DNA of 64,000 bases from Macrostomum lignano. Lineage: Eukaryota. The notes beneath the pieces are model-generated. The model ran no database searches. It saw nothing but the letters and a program-made list of their open reading frames with translations, and had not been told where the DNA came from. The first letter of the stretch is position 1. Every line of letters starts with the position of its first letter. A program made the position numbers and the translations under genes. Positions 1 to 16,679 of the stretch are shown here, in pieces. The stretch lies in NCBI GenBank assembly GCA_002269645.1, contig NIVC01000925.1, positions 180,933 to 244,932 on the forward strand, given 5' to 3'.

Positions 1-1089
1 TATTCTGATGACAGCTTTTACCGGCGCCGCAGCGTTAATCCATCGCACCTTTTTTCATCTGTCTGAGCACGTGGCTGCCGGAATATTGCTGCTCACCTGT
101 CTATGTATTTGATGGCGCTTCATCTATTATTCACAGCTCACGGCTCTGAGCCCGCATATATATTTATGCATATTTCGACGGCCAGGTGTGAATGCAATGT
201 ATGAATTGAAACTCAGAGAGAGAAGATGAGAGGATAAAGAAATCCGACTTATTACATCATTATTGCGCCAGCCTCCATCGTGGATTACAGAAAGCCGCGC
301 AAAGAGTTGTGAAGTTGCAACTATTCTCCAAATCTTTATTTTCAAGATAATACAAGGTTGGCTGCAGTTTTTCAATTTACACACAGCGAGACTCTGTCAT
401 AAACGGATTTTTATGATAATCTTGTCTTGAAAAATGAGAAGTTCCCATCGGCATGAGGACTGATTATTGATGCCCGTTTATTATTTCTCACGCTCGGCCG
501 GACCGATAGGCGTGAATACGGGGAATCGTCGACATTTTCTTCACCGTTCTTATATTGTCTTCTTGTCTGAGAGACCCGGCCTTGGAGGCAGTGAAATAGA
601 ACGGGGGCTATCCGAACACACTGGGGTGGGGACAGGTGTCAGTAAGGTGGAGGCTTCTCTCCCCGAAACCGCCTCAACCAGCCATGCGGCACCCTCTTGA
701 GCACACAAGCATGTAGACATGCTCGCGCGTCTATACACACTTGTGCAAGCCCACCTGATCTGCATGCATTGAAGAAGACCCTGTTCCACTTAGCCTCTCA
801 GATGAGTAGCTATTAGTCATGCTTGCTGCTCCTGCTATCTGCCTGCTGTCTGTCTGCTAATCTGAATACTAATCCTTGTTGTTGCGTAGCTTGTATTGTC
901 TTTGTCAACAATGGGGTGTCCATTTTATTTTATTGTATTAGAAAGTAGATTGTGTAATCTTTATCAATGAACTTAATGGAGTCTTCTCTTATTATTACGA
1001 GTATACACTGAATAGATATGTGTAAATATTTCTCGTTTCTAACCTTGGTTATTTATAAATGGGATTCTTGAAATGGTTCTAAAATGGGA

Positions 1090-1800
1090 TTTCGGGAAAT
1101 ATCCCAAAACTGCATTCTGGGAATCATCCCTAAACTGGATTCTGGGAATCATCCCTAAACTGGATTCTGGGAATTATCCCTAAACTGGATTCTGGGAATC
1201 ATCCCTAAACTGGATTCTGGGAATTATCCCTAAACTGGATTCTGAGAATTATCTCTAAGTGGGAATCTTAGAATTATCCCTAAATCGGATTTAATTCCTA
1301 ACCAAATAAAAAGATCCTTAAGTCCCAAAAATTATTCATAAATTAGTTTTTTTAGAATATTCCCTAAGCAGGATTCTTGGAATGATTCCTATGTGGGATT
1401 CTAGGAGTTTTTATTATCCCCAAACGGGATTATGGGAATGGTCCCCACATCAGATTCTGTGAATTATCCATAAACAGTATTTTGGGAATTTTTCCTAAAT
1501 AAGATTCCGGGAATTATTCCTAAAAAGGATTGTAGGAGTTATCTCTAAATAAATAGGATTTTGGGAATTATCTCTAAATAGGATTCTGAGTTATCCCTGA
1601 ATAGGATTCTATGAGTTATCCCTAAATAGGATTCTATGAGTTATCCCTGAATAGGATTCTATGAGTTATCCCTAATTAGGATTCCGGGAATTGTCCCTAG
1701 GTGGGAATCTTGAAATTATCCCTTAATCGGATTTAATTTCTAACCAAATGGAAAAATCATTAAGTCCACAAAAATGATTCCTAAATGATTTCTTTAGAAT
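1090..1800. repeat. Degenerate ~25-bp minisatellite (TAAACTGGATTCTGGGAATYATCCC) with a duplicated flanking block
   Basis: Near-identical units at 1110-1250. Block 1255-1345 recurs at about 1700-1795. Confidence 0.85.
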
Positions 1801-2374
1801 GATATTTAGAATGATACCAAAGTTGCTTTTCTTTTATTTCGCCTTTCTCTCTCTCTTTTCTATCTGTTTGCTGGTCTCAGTCTTTGTGCACCCTGTCAAT
1901 GGTTCAGTGCCCAATTCCTATAAGAACTTCCCCAGTTCAGTACGTACAAGTATTCAATTCAATTTCTTGAACGGTAATATTGGGTCGCGTGCGATCGAAT
2001 GTGTCTAATTTGAATATCGTCACCCAGGCGGCCATCTTGTGCGCGTGTCCACCTGCCTGGTTTCCCCAGTTTTAAGGTAATTAAATATAGATTTCTAATT
2101 TACTTGTTCATTCTCTGTCGCTCACTCTCTCTCGAGGGCTCTGTCTGTCTTTGTTCTATGCCTGTATACCCTGTTCCTATAAAGGTCTTTGTCTCGTTGA
2201 GTTGATGCTAGACTGGCTATTTCAATGCCAACGGTTGACTGCGTCTTGGCAATAATTAAAAATTGCGCTTGGCTGTTGGTCATTTGAAACGAGCTTGCAT
2301 AATTAAGAACTGAGGCCTGCCTTACCTGTGTCGGTGCAAGGATTCGAATTATTTGACCGATAGGATTTTACAGT

Positions 2375-2970
2375 GACCCATCTATGCCTGTCTGTCTGTG
2401 CTTATCCATCTATCCTTATCTATCTGTGCTTATCCATCTATCCTTATCTATCTGTGCTTATCCATCTGTGCTTATCGGTCTGTGCTTATCAATCTATGCT
2501 TATCGGTCTGTGCTTATCCGTCTATGCTTATCGGTCTCTGCTTATCCATCTATGCTTATCGGTCTCTGCTTATCCATCTATGCTTATCGGTCTCTGCTTA
2601 TCCATCTATGCTTATCTTATCGGTCTGTGCTTATCCATCTATGCCTGTCTGTCTATGCTTATCCATCTATGCTTATCTTATCGGTCTGTGCTTATCCATC
2701 TATGCCTGTCTGTCTATGCTTATCCATCTATGCTTATCTTATCGGTCTGTGCTTATCCATCGATGCCTGTCTGTCTATGCTTATCCATCTATGCTTATCT
2801 TATCGGTCTGTGCTTATCCATCTATGCCTGTCTGTCTATGCTTATCCATCTATGCTTATCGGTCTGTGCTTATCCATCTATGCTTATCTTATCGGTCTGT
2901 GCTTATCCATCTATGCCTGTCTGTCTATGCTTATCCATCTATGCTTATCCATCTATGCTTATCCATCCAT
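2375..2970. repeat. Compound ~14-bp minisatellite (TCTATGCTTATCCA / TCTGTGCTTATCGG)
   Basis: Direct reading; it explains three overlapping spurious ORFs. Confidence 0.9.
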
Positions 2971-3659
2971 GCTTCTCATTTTTTTGCTTTGGCAATGTAA
3001 ATATAAGGAAAAAATCCAGAGAAAAGCGAAATTTAATAATACGTGGGAACAAAATTGGAGACTTAAAAAAATGAAGGCCCGTATCGTTAGGCTGCATTTC
3101 GTGAGAGATAGGGGATTTTTTTCTCTCCTTCCCTGATGGGCAAAGTCGACAAGAAGGTAAATCTTATTGCCCAGAATGTCGAGCAGGGTTGCTGACCTGT
3201 CTAGGGATTCTGCGAAGAATTTCCCCTTTCTCCCCGTTTCCTCATCCTATTTAGCCCCTTCTTTTCTCTTATCTATAGAAAATCCCCAACCGCGTGCCCC
3301 ATCGTTGATTAAGTTTTCCCGTCTTCTGTCTTCTTGTTGTACAGCTGCCGCCGCAGCCTCCCTAAGGATTTTGATGTGGCTTCAACTCGTGAATTACGAG
3401 GCTTTGGCTGGCTTAGTTGAGTTGAGTATTAAATTCTCGCGTTAAGAAGTCCGACTTAACTCTCTCTCTCTCTCTTTTGTACAGTTTTGCCTTGGCAAAT
3501 TTTTGAAATATTCTAGGAAAATTTAAATTTCTCGTCTGGATTGATTAACTAACAAGCTAAGGTGGAAGAGGAAGGTTTCGGAATGAGTAGATATCTCAGT
3601 AAATGACTCGACCCCCAACTGTATTTTTATTTCCAAATCATTATACAGTTCTTATGAAT

Positions 3660-4390
3660 TTCTGACTCTCTGAGTCACTGACTCTCATTTTATATGACTC
3701 TTTTTGACTCGTTTTGACTCTGACTGTATCTGACTCTCTCACTGTGTTTGACTCTATCTCTATGACTCTCTCTGACTATACCTGACTCTGTGACTATACC
3801 TGACTCTGTGACTGTAACTGACTCTCTCTGACTGTAACTGACTCCCTCTGACTCTCTGACTCTCTCTCTGACTGTAACTGACTCTCTCTGACTCTCTTTG
3901 ACTCTCTTTGATTCTCTGACTCTCTCTGACTCTCTTTGACTCTCTGACTCTCTCTGACTCTCTCTGACTCTCTCTGACTCTCTTTGACTCTCTGACTCTC
4001 TCTGACTCTCTCTGACTGTATCTGACTCTCTGACAGTGTCTGACTCTCTCTGACTGTATCTGACTCTCTGACAGTGTCTGACTCTCTCTGACTGTATCTG
4101 ACTCTCTGACAGTGTCTGACTCTCTGTGACTCTCTTTGACTCTCTGACTCTCTCTGACTCTCTCTGACTGTATCTGACTCTCTGACAGTGTCTGACTCTC
4201 TCTGACTGTATCTGACTCTCTGACAGTGTCTGACTCTCTCTGACTGTATCTGACTCTCTCTGACTATCTAACTCCCTCTGACTGCATCTGACTCTTTCTG
4301 ACTCTTTTTGACTGAATACCTGACTTTTTCTGACTCTTTTTGACCTCTCTGATTCCCTGAGTTACTTCTCTGACTATTTCTTCTGACTAT
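3660..4390. repeat. TGACTCTC(TC)-based low-complexity tandem array
   Basis: 8-12-bp units with a recurring TGACTGTATC/TGACAGTGTC higher-order pattern. Confidence 0.9.
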
Positions 4391-5344
4391 CGAAATTTTC
4401 TCTCAAGTTACTATTCACTGCCTCGATTTTCAACTCTTCACTTCACCTCAGACGCAGTTCAACTTTATAAGTGAAAATTTGGAAATATAAATTAACAGAA
4501 TAAACTATGATTAAGCCGTCACCTTTTTTCTATAATCTTAGCAAATTTTGGAAAGATAACTAATAAATGTAATTTGAATTAAGTGATCTTGGTTCACTAG
4601 AATCATTGGTTTCTATAACTGGCAATCCCACTTCCCATATCTCTGTTTGTCTTCCTCCATCACCCAATCTCTGGCTTATTTCTCATATAAAACTTTAATT
4701 TCCGCTCACAGAAACCCGCTCTGACTGAAAAAAGCACTGCGATTTTTTAGAATCACAAATCGATCATCCTTATATCTGGATCGCCGATTTCGTGATTCCA
4801 GGTCTATTGAAATATTATTATTGTGTGATTATAACTCAAATCAGGAAGTCAAACAATGAATATAGGAATTCTTTTTTGAACGCGGAACTGCATGCCCCTG
4901 TCCATCAGTGGAGCAGCGATTCGTGACTTATTTTCTTGAATAGAGGAGAAAGAATGGACCAATTAACAAGCACCTGGAGTCAATTAGCACCCTGGAGGTT
5001 TATTTGCCTGTCCTCCGAGTCACGTCAGTCCGTCACCTTCATTTCCTTCAAATTGTGAATTCCATTTTCCATCGCAGACGATTTTCATTAGTTTCTGGGG
5101 CTTATTTTTTTCTGAGAGGGACTTCTTGTTGACTAATCTAGTCCATATATGTTCATTTTTTGCTTGGAAGTTGGTGGAAAAAGGCTCTTTTAAGAGTGAC
5201 AGCGTGTGACAGCCTTATGTAGAACGTTAGTTAGAATTACAAGTTTCAGGTGTACACAGTGACCATTTCGCTCCTGTGTTCGATATTTCTCTTGAGTAGT
5301 CTCACCATTCTTTTTATATTTTCTCCCATACTCACCCTCTTTCG

Positions 5345-6480
5345 TTTACCTGTCTCTCCATTACTCTCAACTTCTCGCGTCTCCTATCTCTTCATTACTC
5401 CCAACTTCTCGCGTCTCCTATCTCTTCATTACTTCCAACTTATCGCGTCTCCTATCTCTTCATTACTCCCAACTTCTCGCGTCTCCTATCTCTTCATTAC
5501 TTCCAACTTATCGCGTCTCCTATCTCTTCATTACTCCCAACTTCTCGCGTCTCCTATCTCTTCATTACTCCCAACTTCTGGCGTCTCCTATCTCTTCATT
5601 ACTTCCAACTTATCGCGTCTCCTATCTCTTCATTACTCCCAACTTCTCGCGTCTCCTATCTCTTCATTACTCCCAACTTCTCGCGTCTCCTATCTCTTCA
5701 TTACTTCCAACTTATCGCGTCTCCTATCTCTTCATTACTCCCAACTTCTCGCGTCTCCTATCTCTTCATTACTTCCAACTTCTCGCGTCTCCTATCTCTT
5801 CATTACTCCCAACTTCTCGCGTCTCCTATCTCTTCATTACTCCCAACTTCTCGCGTCTCCTATCTCTTCATTACTTCCAACTTATCGCGTCTCCTATCTC
5901 TTCATTACTCCCAACTTCTCGCGTCTCCTATCTCTTCATTACTCCCAACTTCTCGCGTCTCCATTACTCCCAACTTCTCGCGTCTCATATCTCTCCATTA
6001 CTCTCACCCTCTCTCATCTCCTATCTCTCCATTACTCTCACCCTCTCTCGTCTCCTATCTCACCATTACTCTCACCCTCTCTCATTTTCTATCTCTCCAT
6101 TACTCTAACCCTCTCTCATCTCCTATCTCTCCATTACTCTCACCCTCTCTCGTCTCCTATCTCACCATTACTCTCACCCTCTCTCGTCTCCTATCTCTCC
6201 ATTACTCTCACCCTCTCTCGTCTCCTATCTCACCATTACTCTCACCCTCTCTCATTTTCTATCTCTCCATTACTCTAACCCTCTCTCGTCTCATATATCT
6301 CCATTACTATCACCCTCTCTCATCTATCTCTTCATTACTCTCAACCTCTCTCATCTCCTATCTCTCCATTGATCTCACCCTCTCATCTCCTATATTTCTA
6401 TCACTCACTCTCTCTCATCTCCTGCGTCTCTTTTACTCTCACCCCTCTCTTCTTCTGTCTGCATTACTCTCACCCTTTTT
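5345..6480. repeat. 34-bp pyrimidine-rich minisatellite (CTATCTCTTCATTACTCCCAACTTCTCGCGTCTC) grading into a variant family
   Basis: Unit counted by hand; the variant CCATTACTCTCACCCTCTCTC takes over after about 5990. Confidence 0.9.
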
Positions 6481-7504
6481 CTACTTGCCTCTATTTCTTT
6501 GACCCCTCTCTCCTTTCCATTCTTGATTAATCAGTTTCTAGAAAATGCAGCACAAGTTCCGCTAATTTCCGCTAATCAATAATATCAGCAAGAAACATCA
6601 ACAGCACCAGTCAAAGCAAAAAAGATATTTTCTCTTCGGGAAATTTTTTTGCTGTTTGTTGTAGCAGAATTCATAATTGCATTGGTAGGCAGTTTAGGAA
6701 AGTGAAGGAACCGTAGTGAGGGAGGGTTGCGGTTTGGACTGGCTCGGGAAGAAATTTAAATAAGTTTGGAAAGCAGAAAAAGCATTATGGACTCTGCCGG
6801 TTAGAAAAAGCCAGATCTGCTATCTCTCTGGCATCAGATGAAGGGGGCGAGAGTGCTGAGGTGCTGGGTTGCGGCTACCCCCTCAGGGCTGCGGTCTTTC
6901 CAGTCCTAATGGGAACGGATCTGAGCTGATGTAAGGGCTGTTGGGCTTAAAATACGAGTACAAAACAAAATTCCGCATAAAAATGTTTGCCTGGCTTGTT
7001 GGTTTGCTTGGCTGGTTGGCTGGTAGTGGTTGCAGAGACACGGAAGAAGACGAGAGAGTTAACGGAGCAGACAGCTAGCTAGTCCAACCTCTATTCAGGT
7101 CTTGTACAGGCCTATAAGCTAATTTTTGTGGTACTGGGGAGTCTGTTTTCGGCCTGTGACAAGATCGCGAACTGTATACAAAGTGTTATTATATATTTTT
7201 TGGAATTCTTCAAAGCGTGAGAAAGCTCTGTGTGTTAACTTCGACACTCCTCCTTTGCAGTTAGTTTTAGCTAGCCTATAAATAAATACTGCGCTGCCCC
7301 GGGCCGTACTTTTTATAGCTTGGTTCTGGGTCTCTTGGATTGAAATTGATTTCGCTAAGGATTGCTCACATCTGTTGTCGCTATGCTGCTGGGTGCTGCT
7401 CTGTGGGGGGGGGGGTTGCTTGCACATACGCTGGTCTCTTAATTTTTGCTCATGATATCGCGCTTATGAACTCTTATAATCATGAATTTGTTCATGCACT
7501 TGTT

Positions 7505-7725
7505 TACGAACTGACTCATGAACTCACTCATGAACAAACTAATGAAATCATGAACTCACTCATGAACAAACTAATGAAATCATGGACTCACTCATGAACA
7601 AACTAATGAACTCATGAACTCACTCATGAACAAACTAATGAACTCATGAACTCACTCATGAACAAACTAATGAACTCATGAACTCACTCATGAACAAACT
7701 AATGAACTCATGAATCATGAACTCA
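7505..7725. repeat. ~32-bp minisatellite rich in TCATGA palindromes
   Basis: Unit CATGAACTCACTCATGAACAAACTAATGAACT repeated. Confidence 0.85.
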
Positions 7726-8457
7726 CTCGTGGCGTCATGTACACACACTATCTCATTACTCCTATCCTCCGGTATAAAATCGCATTTCTCTCTCTCGCCA
7801 GAGTGCTTCATTCGCCAGCTAACCGCAGTAGTGACCCGGTAATTCGGCAAATGAGCCACTCGCTCTCCTCCCCCCAGGCCCCAATGAATTGGATTGGAAA
7901 AATTAAATTTATTATTTTTTATTTCTCAACTCAAAGCGGCAAATGTCATCACCAGGGTAGGCTCTGAGCTCTCCCCTGTCTCCGTTCCCCTCTCCCGCAC
8001 GCGGCCTTTGCATCGCTTTAATGTCAGTTTTCTAGTCAGGCTATCCTCTATCTCTGTCTTCCCCTGGCACTCAGTTGAGCTTATAAATGCATTTCTCCTC
8101 CTCAACCCCATTGCCACTCTCCATTTGTGTGTCTGGAGAGTTGAATTGACCCCAAGCTCAAGCACTCTCGCAGTGGGATCTCCTACTTTGTTACGTAACT
8201 GCTGGAGCCTTTGCTCTCCGCTGTGCTCCAATTGCTCTGTGTGTTAGTTATTTTCGCGATAAAAAAATGATATTAAAAAAGTCAAGCCAGTCATTGCGTT
8301 TTTAAAAATGATGTTGTCTCTTGATTGAATTATTGCATTTCATAACGAATTCACCATTGATTAATTGCAGTTCGTCATGCGAAGCTCAGCTTCTGTGCCT
8401 CATCACTGGATGCGTCAGGGATAAACTAGCTAACACTGCTGCGTTACAGTTCCAGCA

Positions 8458-8542
8458 ATGCTCTCAGTGCGGCCTGCAGTTCTGTGGCTGCTCTGCTTTG
8501 CAGCTCTGCCGCATGATGGGGCTCATGGCGACTCGCAATACG
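8458..8542 (+). CDS. Host Ig-superfamily gene, first coding exon (signal peptide MLSVRPAVLWLLCFAALPHDGAHG-DSQY)
   Basis: ATG followed by a hydrophobic signal-like stretch. The phase-1 donor G|GTGAGT at 8542/8543 joins in frame to the phase-1 acceptor at 36156 (G+TG=Val). The upstream acceptor TTACAG at 8449 suggests a 5' UTR exon further upstream. Confidence 0.65.
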
Positions 8543-8559
8543 GTGAGTCTGGGCCACCT

Positions 8560-8562
8560 CTG

Positions 8563-8635
<73 letters not shown>

Positions 8636-8636
8636 T

Positions 8637-8727
<91 letters not shown>

Positions 8728-8772
8728 GTCTGTCTGTCGTCTGTCTGTCTGCCTGTCTGTCTCTGTCTATCC

Positions 8773-8832
<60 letters not shown>
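8560..8832. repeat. (TCTG)n then (TATC)n microsatellite
   Basis: Direct reading. Confidence 0.95.
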
Positions 8833-8833
<1 letters not shown>

Positions 8834-9365
8834 GTCTTTCAAACATAAATGAAAATATTGCTACAATGCACTCTCAGCCGACGCTATTCAATTAGTATTT
8901 TCACTATAGCTGAAGCCAGTGAACACATACCGGTAGAGTCGCACTGCCAGTCACGTGCGCAATTACCCATAAAGTTAGGATGCCCGACGCCGATGTGCGA
9001 GGCGGCAGGGCACGAACTGCACCTTGTCTGTCGGCTTCTACAGCCAGCCAGCTATTCAGGCTGAACCGAAGCACCGTTTCCGAACCAAGAGCGTCATGTG
9101 TAGTTTGTGTGTGCGCGTTCAGACCTTGAAGCGCCAGTTATAATATATTCTGTTGTAGCGGAGCTGCTGCTCTTCAATCTGTGTTGCTTGTGAAAACTCG
9201 CGAGGTTTTTTGGTCGTGGGGGTTGCTGGTTGTGTTTTGCTAATACTAGATAAGTCGGACTAAACAGGCGTAAACAAAATATTATTCCTTCCTGGCTTTC
9301 TGCGCTATGATTAATTAGAGAAAACTTTACTGGCTGTGCTTTAGTATTGAGTAGGTAGATGCATA

Positions 9366-9366
9366 C

Positions 9367-9420
<54 letters not shown>

Positions 9421-9421
9421 G
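9366..9421. repeat. (GATA)n microsatellite
   Basis: Direct reading. Confidence 0.95.
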
Positions 9422-10132
9422 AGTAACAAAATTATCGATAGATGCATATATATGTATAGATAGAAGCTTAGATAGTTTCCTTAGATACGAGCGTAGATGC
9501 TTGATGATGCAAGATGTAAATTAGAAATATAATATTTGTTATACTTTATTATATACTAGAAATTTTTAACTCGAAAGCATTTATAAAAACGAATATAAGT
9601 CGATTACGCCATTAGATATATGATTATTTTTTACAGTTTCATATCACATATTTCACAGGCACACACAACAAAAATTAATAATTGGTTAAAATTCGGAATC
9701 ACTAAGGTTAAGAAAAAATCACAATGACTGCCCAGCACAGGTTGAATTCCTGTTTGCTAACTGGATTTTAAACCGCCTCCTTGCGCAGACGCCTGCCTCT
9801 CCGACGGTTGCTTGCTGCATGCCCTGTGCACAAGAGGAAAAGAATCCTTATTTAGAAAGCATAGCTGCTTTGGCTGCCTGATCGCATTTCTAAGGTCTTG
9901 CTTGCCTATGTTGCTGCTTTTTGAAGCTGTCTGGCGTTCTTGAATCGGGATATTTTTCTCTCGCCTGCTTTTTTTCTCCAGTCTTCTTCGTCCTGCGAAT
10001 CTTCAGTTTCACTGCCGCCGCCTTGCTGCTTCCGATCGGCAACAGCCTGGAGTGCTAAGTTACCACCTTGGCGAGCCCATAGAATCTGGGCAGGGATACT
10101 CGGATTGAACCGAAGCTGATAGAGGGGTTTCA

Positions 10133-10490
10133 CCAACCATAGACTGTCACCAACCATAGACTGTCACCAACCATAGACTGTCGCCAACCATAGACTGTCA
10201 CCAACCATAGACTGTCACCAACCATAGACTGTCGCCAACCATAGACTGTCGCCAACCATAGACTGTCGCCAACCATAGACTGTCACACAACCATAGACTG
10301 TCACCAACCATAGACTGTCACCAACCATAGATTGTCACCAACCATAGATTGTCACCAACCATAGATTGTCACCAACCATAGATTGTCACCAACCAACCAA
10401 CCATAGACTTTCACCAACCATAGACTGTCACCAACCATAGATTGTCACCAACCATAGACTGTCACCAAACATAGACTTTCACCAACCATA
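10133..10490. repeat. 17-bp minisatellite (CACCAACCATAGACTGT)
   Basis: About 20 near-identical units. Confidence 0.92.
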
Positions 10491-10978
10491 GAACTTCATA
10501 TATCAACAGGACCAGTTGGACCTATTCGAAAGAATCTACGTAACTTTAGCAACTCAAGTTTGCTGATTCTTTTTACTTAGAAGTTTCTAGAGTTTTGCTT
10601 TCTTTATAGTTTATTTTCTGTTCTTGTCCTTGCCCTAAACTGAACACTTATTTCGCCAGCAAGGTAATCTCGTCTGCTTTTCTTTGACCTTATTTTTGGT
10701 CACGAATTTGACAAGATTTTAACTTTTTCTCTCACTTTCTGCGAAGCATGATAAAGTTCATTTATGAATATAAATTGGATGCTGAGAAAGATGACTGGTC
10801 GGCCAATTTGTATTTGCTAGCTATGGTTTTCCTTCTGAACAATTGCTCTTCTGTAAGATAATGCTATAAAATATATTGTGCCTAGATGACTAATATGCCT
10901 AAGTCTCTTGCAACAGCATATGGGGAATCGAGCTCGGGACCTCCGTCACACTTCATCAGTAGGCAGTTTTTTCGGCAG

Positions 10979-10979
10979 A

Positions 10980-11072
<93 letters not shown>

Positions 11073-11073
11073 G

Positions 11074-11109
<36 letters not shown>

Positions 11110-11121
11110 AGTCAGTCTGCC

Positions 11122-11169
<48 letters not shown>

Positions 11170-11190
11170 AGTCAGTCTGCCTGTCTGTAC
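10979..11190. repeat. (TCTG)n microsatellite
   Basis: Direct reading. Confidence 0.95.
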
Positions 11191-11605
11191 AGACAGACAG
11201 ACTTTTCTGGCTTCGCATTAGAATCGAAAGCCGCACCTTGGGCAACAAGGGGACAATGCGCGGTACTCATCTGGATCTCAGCTTCAACTTCGTACGATGA
11301 GAGCTAAGCTAACACAGTTGACTGGCAAAGCATGTTTGCGGCCTCAATAAGGGCCCCGTCTTTTACAATCGTGACCAATAGTGACCGAGCCCTCCGCTTT
11401 ACAATGCTTCTGCCCTAGACCTATCTAAGCACGGCAGCGAGCCCCCCCCCCCAGCAACCAGAGCTTGATTGCGCAACACGGTCCGTTGGTAGTATATAGA
11501 AGCCAAAAAATGTTTACTAGCTTCAAAAAGACGCAAAAGAAGAATGGAAGGAAGAAAATTAGCCAGCTTTACAGCGCGCGTCGACCTGCTAGGCAGAACT
11601 TGACT

Positions 11606-11794
11606 ATCATGGATGTCTGAAACTAGAGATCTAGATTGGAAACTTTTACAATGACAATGTTTAGCTGCGATATTTATTATACAAACTAAAAATTCGAGTT
11701 AGTGAAATTTCTAATAATTGCGACTTCACGTCCTAAGCTTGTAATAAATCGCAATATTTCCAATCCAGAAACTCTAGCTCTAGCAGTCCATGAT
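11606..11794. mobile_element. Degenerate MITE-like foldback (~190 bp)
   Basis: The left end ATCATGGA..CTAGAGATCTAGATTGGAAA..TGCGATATTTATTATACAA is an imperfect inverse of the right end TTGTAATAAATCGCAATATTTCCAATCCAGAAACTCTAG..TCCATGAT. No clear TSD. Confidence 0.4.
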
Positions 11795-12399
11795 GTTACT
11801 ATGCATGGTACGTTGCGGTTTTTACAACCGCCTCTATCTCTGCAGACTAACTAAAATTGCAGTTCCTGTTCAGATTAGAACTGCAAGATTTTTTCTGCGG
11901 CGCTAAATTTATGACCAACTGCAACTCCCCCATTTACTTCAAGGCAGCTATCGCTTTCCAAGAAATAGCTTTTGTACCCTGTTTAGCTTTAGGTATTATT
12001 CATTCACTAAAATATGATTATTAAATGTTTACAAACACGAAGGTATGAACCACCTGTTAGGGCTTATTGTTTAACTATGAAGCCATTTCTCTATGCTAAT
12101 GGAAGCTGATCTTCCTTGCTTTCGATTCTGCTTTTTTTAAAAACTGTCCCGCCTTTACTGTTTGGCAGTTTTCTGGGTCAGGCGCTGCCATTCCGCTTGG
12201 CTATTAAAAATGAATTCCGCGAGCTGCATAGTTTCTTACTTCGGCCTGTGTTGCTTTTAACTTGCTTCTTCTCCGCTATTAGGCCTTCGGGTTTAGGCAG
12301 CCTGCGAGTCACTCCAGTATAGTGGCTCTGTAATGCTGGCCCTCTGGGTTCTTCTGCGTTCTTAGCACTGCCTGACTGACTTGTCTGTGTGTCTAATCT

Positions 12400-15625
<3,226 letters not shown>

Positions 15626-16679
15626 TATGTCCAAATAAAATTCGGTTTAAAGCAAGATTCCGAGAAAACCTGCCGGAGTCACCCCGTGACCCGATTCTCA
15701 GTGGGGGGCACTAATTCCACCCGAACGCGCCATAGCCTCATAGACTGATTCCTGGTAGAGAAAAATCTAAAAAAGCAATTTCACCGGGCTGGCGGCAGCT
15801 TATTTTATAATAAGAGCAGAAAGTTTACTTTCGGATTACAGTCGTCAGAGACAGTCAGCGTGAGGTCACGGCAGTTGACCCAATCAAAAGTCAAGCCTCT
15901 TTTTATTTTAGTCCCTTCACTTCTCTTTCTCTCAGCTTTCTGCTGTCGTGTCTGTCACGGCTGCCCTCGCCGGATTATCTCCGCCCGGCCTCAAATCCGT
16001 CGCGATTCAGGATTTGAGCCAAGAGCAACCCTTAACTCCCCGCCGCTCCCGCGCCTTCCTTCCTTTCTCTCTCTCTCTCTCTCTCCCCTGTATGGTCTCC
16101 TTTGTTGTCTTTTCACAGAGTGATTATTTGTTCTTTCCTCCTCTCTATCTGCTTGTTTAAAGCCAGCCAGCCTTCGGCACGAATTCGCTTGTCTCTGTCT
16201 GCTTTATCGATTGGCGATTGAAGAGAGACAGCCTGTCGAATATGTTTTTGCCTTCTATTGACCTGTCAATCAAGCGTTTTAATAATATCGAGATTGCTTA
16301 TATTCTTTAGATAAGCAACGAATTGGAAATGATCTAATTCTCTGCGTTTGTTTGATATTTGTCACAGATCAATTGATTGACTGTATTATAATTATTAATG
16401 TAGTCGCTCGATTCACGCCCACGATGGCCAACACCCTTAAAGGCACAGTGAAGTTAGCACTGTTTGACGGTTTAGAAAGTCTGGGTTGAAGTACACCCTG
16501 TGTGAGCGTGTTCACGTGCTCAAGGTTCAGCGCAGGAGTCGGCAAACTGTTTTACTTTATCGGCTAGATAAAGGGATTTAAATCATTGTTGCTGAGAGAA
16601 GAAGAAACAGGGGATGAAAGATGACAAAAGAGATGAGAGGTAAGAGGCGAGATTGATGTGCGAGAGATACGATAAGAGA

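Noticed and set aside
11460-11500. Helitron 3' end (GCGCAACACGGTCCGTTGGTAGT)
   Set aside because: The hairpin is weak, it does not end in CTRR, and no 5' TC end or RepHel was found.
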